Shown piece by piece: positions 31,818 through 33,097 of a DNA stretch of 33,097 nt; the stretch's first letter is position 1; every line of letters begins with the position of its first letter. A program made the translations under genes and the position numbers. The notes below the pieces were generated by a model. The model saw only the letters and a program-made list of their open reading frames with translations. It had not been told where the DNA came from and did no database searches. This DNA comes from Octopus bimaculoides (Eukaryota): contig NC_068998.1 in assembly GCF_001194135.2 (NCBI RefSeq), positions 16,001,916-16,035,012 on the forward strand. The letters are read 5' to 3'.

Positions 31818-32020
31818 CTTTCTTTCAGTGTGGGACAGAAAATATATAAATAATTTTTTTTAATCTTAAAACTTTTCTGTTATGGGATATTTCTGTTTAC
31901 TTTTCAGTGTTTATGTATGCACATGTGTAAGCATGTGTGCAGAGAGAGAAGTGTTTGTATATGAGTATGTGCTGATTGAGAATAGATTTTTCTCAAAGTC
32001 ACCAGAACTGCCAAGGGAAA

Positions 32021-32060
<40 letters not shown>

Positions 32061-32843
32061 TGTGAGTGTGCGTGTTTGTGTGTCTTTTGTATATACATAT
32101 AATTTTGAATTTGATTTACAATAATTTTGTTGTAAAAACCATATGTTGAATCAGTATTGTATACTTCAGGAGGATAACTGATGAGCACATTTCTAGTTAT
32201 AATTAATTTTAATTTCAGTGTAACAATTCAAATAAATCAATTATTCAGTTATTGTTTAGTTTCTTAAAAAATGTTCATCCTACTGTTGTGACCTTATCAA
32301 TGATTTTCCATTCAGTTACTAATTTATTTTCCTTCTTGTGTATGTTTTCAAGCAAGTATGAACGTTGCATGAGTGACTTTGGTCTTATGATGTTGTTTTT
32401 ATGTTATATTTTCATATTTTTGTTTCTGTTTTTGTTGGTAACAAAATAAAAACATGTATGTGTGTAATTATGTCTGAATAGTTTGTAGTTTGTGTTTGCC
32501 TAATATGGGATCAGTGGTTATTTGCATTTCTGGTTTATGTGTGTATATTGTGTGTGTGTTGACTTTAGCAAACTTTAATCCTATTTTATCCTTGCTCTTG
32601 TATTAGTGTTGTTGGAATGTTGTTACTTCACTAATCTTTTTTGTATTGAAACTCTGTGTGGATTCAGAATTCACTTCCAATATGTGTACTGCTTCTGTAA
32701 CCTGTCAATTTTGTGGCTTTTTGGATTTAGGGAAAGAGTTTCTTTCCAGCAATTGTAAATTTTGCTTGAATCCTCATCAGCATATGATAGTATGCAGACT
32801 CTTTATAGAATTTTGGGTTAGTGTATATGCATTTTATGTCCTA

Positions 32844-33097
32844 TTAGCAGCTAAGCCCGGTTTCACCCGGTCAGTGAGCGACGCGAAGAGAGAAACGAAG
32901 ACATTAAAAAGAGGAAGAAGTGGATACAAAGTGGTGTTTGGGTGACGGATCTTGGTAGAAAAAAGTATGTCATGGTGAGTTAGTAAGGAGAGCAAAGCAA
33001 GACTGGACTTATGTGGGCTGACAGGACGATGAAAAAATTGCGGAGTTGAAATTGGAGCAGTTGAAGTTGCCGTTGTTATCATTAGAGTGCATCTTGG
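32844..33097 (+). mobile_element. Possible 5' end of a non-autonomous Helitron-like element
   Basis: Starts a|ttagcagctaagcccggtttcacccggtc, which resembles the (A)CTAGC...CCCGg..cCCG 5' ends of insect Lep1/HINE-type elements, with an abrupt rise in GC and CpG. The 3' end is not in the window. Confidence 0.35.

Noticed and set aside
31660-32840. Search for the next (phase-2) LRR exon after 31308
   Set aside because: The AG sites at about 31826, 31907, 32169, 32218 and 32667 give stops or non-LRR peptides. The next exon presumably lies beyond the window or in a gap.

Overview
This is repeat-saturated eukaryotic (animal) genomic DNA from a draft short-read assembly, with 10 N-gaps totalling about 3.3 kb, almost all flanked by microsatellites. 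The SINE/LINE set and microsatellite load look like Octopus; this is my inference from recognising the repeats, not a database result. The only host gene I can support is a plus-strand, intron-rich LRRC63-like leucine-rich-repeat gene. It has four internal exons in the window (12269-12357, 15370-15455, 16404-16487, 31154-31308) that join in frame to ...KCEKSSTDGYISAGEVKYFQGSVRTPTPF-T-GPYENLVFPEDLSLLDCMLCGGKFLNLK|AHFICTLSNINYLRDTLTSINLSFNHFT|TLPDTLLEMRNLEILKLRDNPLCNIPPGIKKLRGHLHTLILSFCLLSELPS.... The start and end of the gene were not found, and one intron needs a non-canonical GC donor. The rest is intronic or intergenic: three tRNA-derived SINE families, decayed RTE LINEs and many 3'-end copies of them, a Penelope-like RT fragment, a decayed Tc1-like transposase with D-x36-E spacing, several MITEs, foldback structures and micro/minisatellites. 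Almost all ORFs in the supplied track are microsatellite or N-gap artefacts. I see no prokaryotic features, CRISPR array or genuine tRNA/rRNA gene, and no convincing evidence of a wholly new biological system. The most useful leads are the gene model with its GC-AG intron, the DD36E transposon, an E-box cluster and the intronic hairpins.
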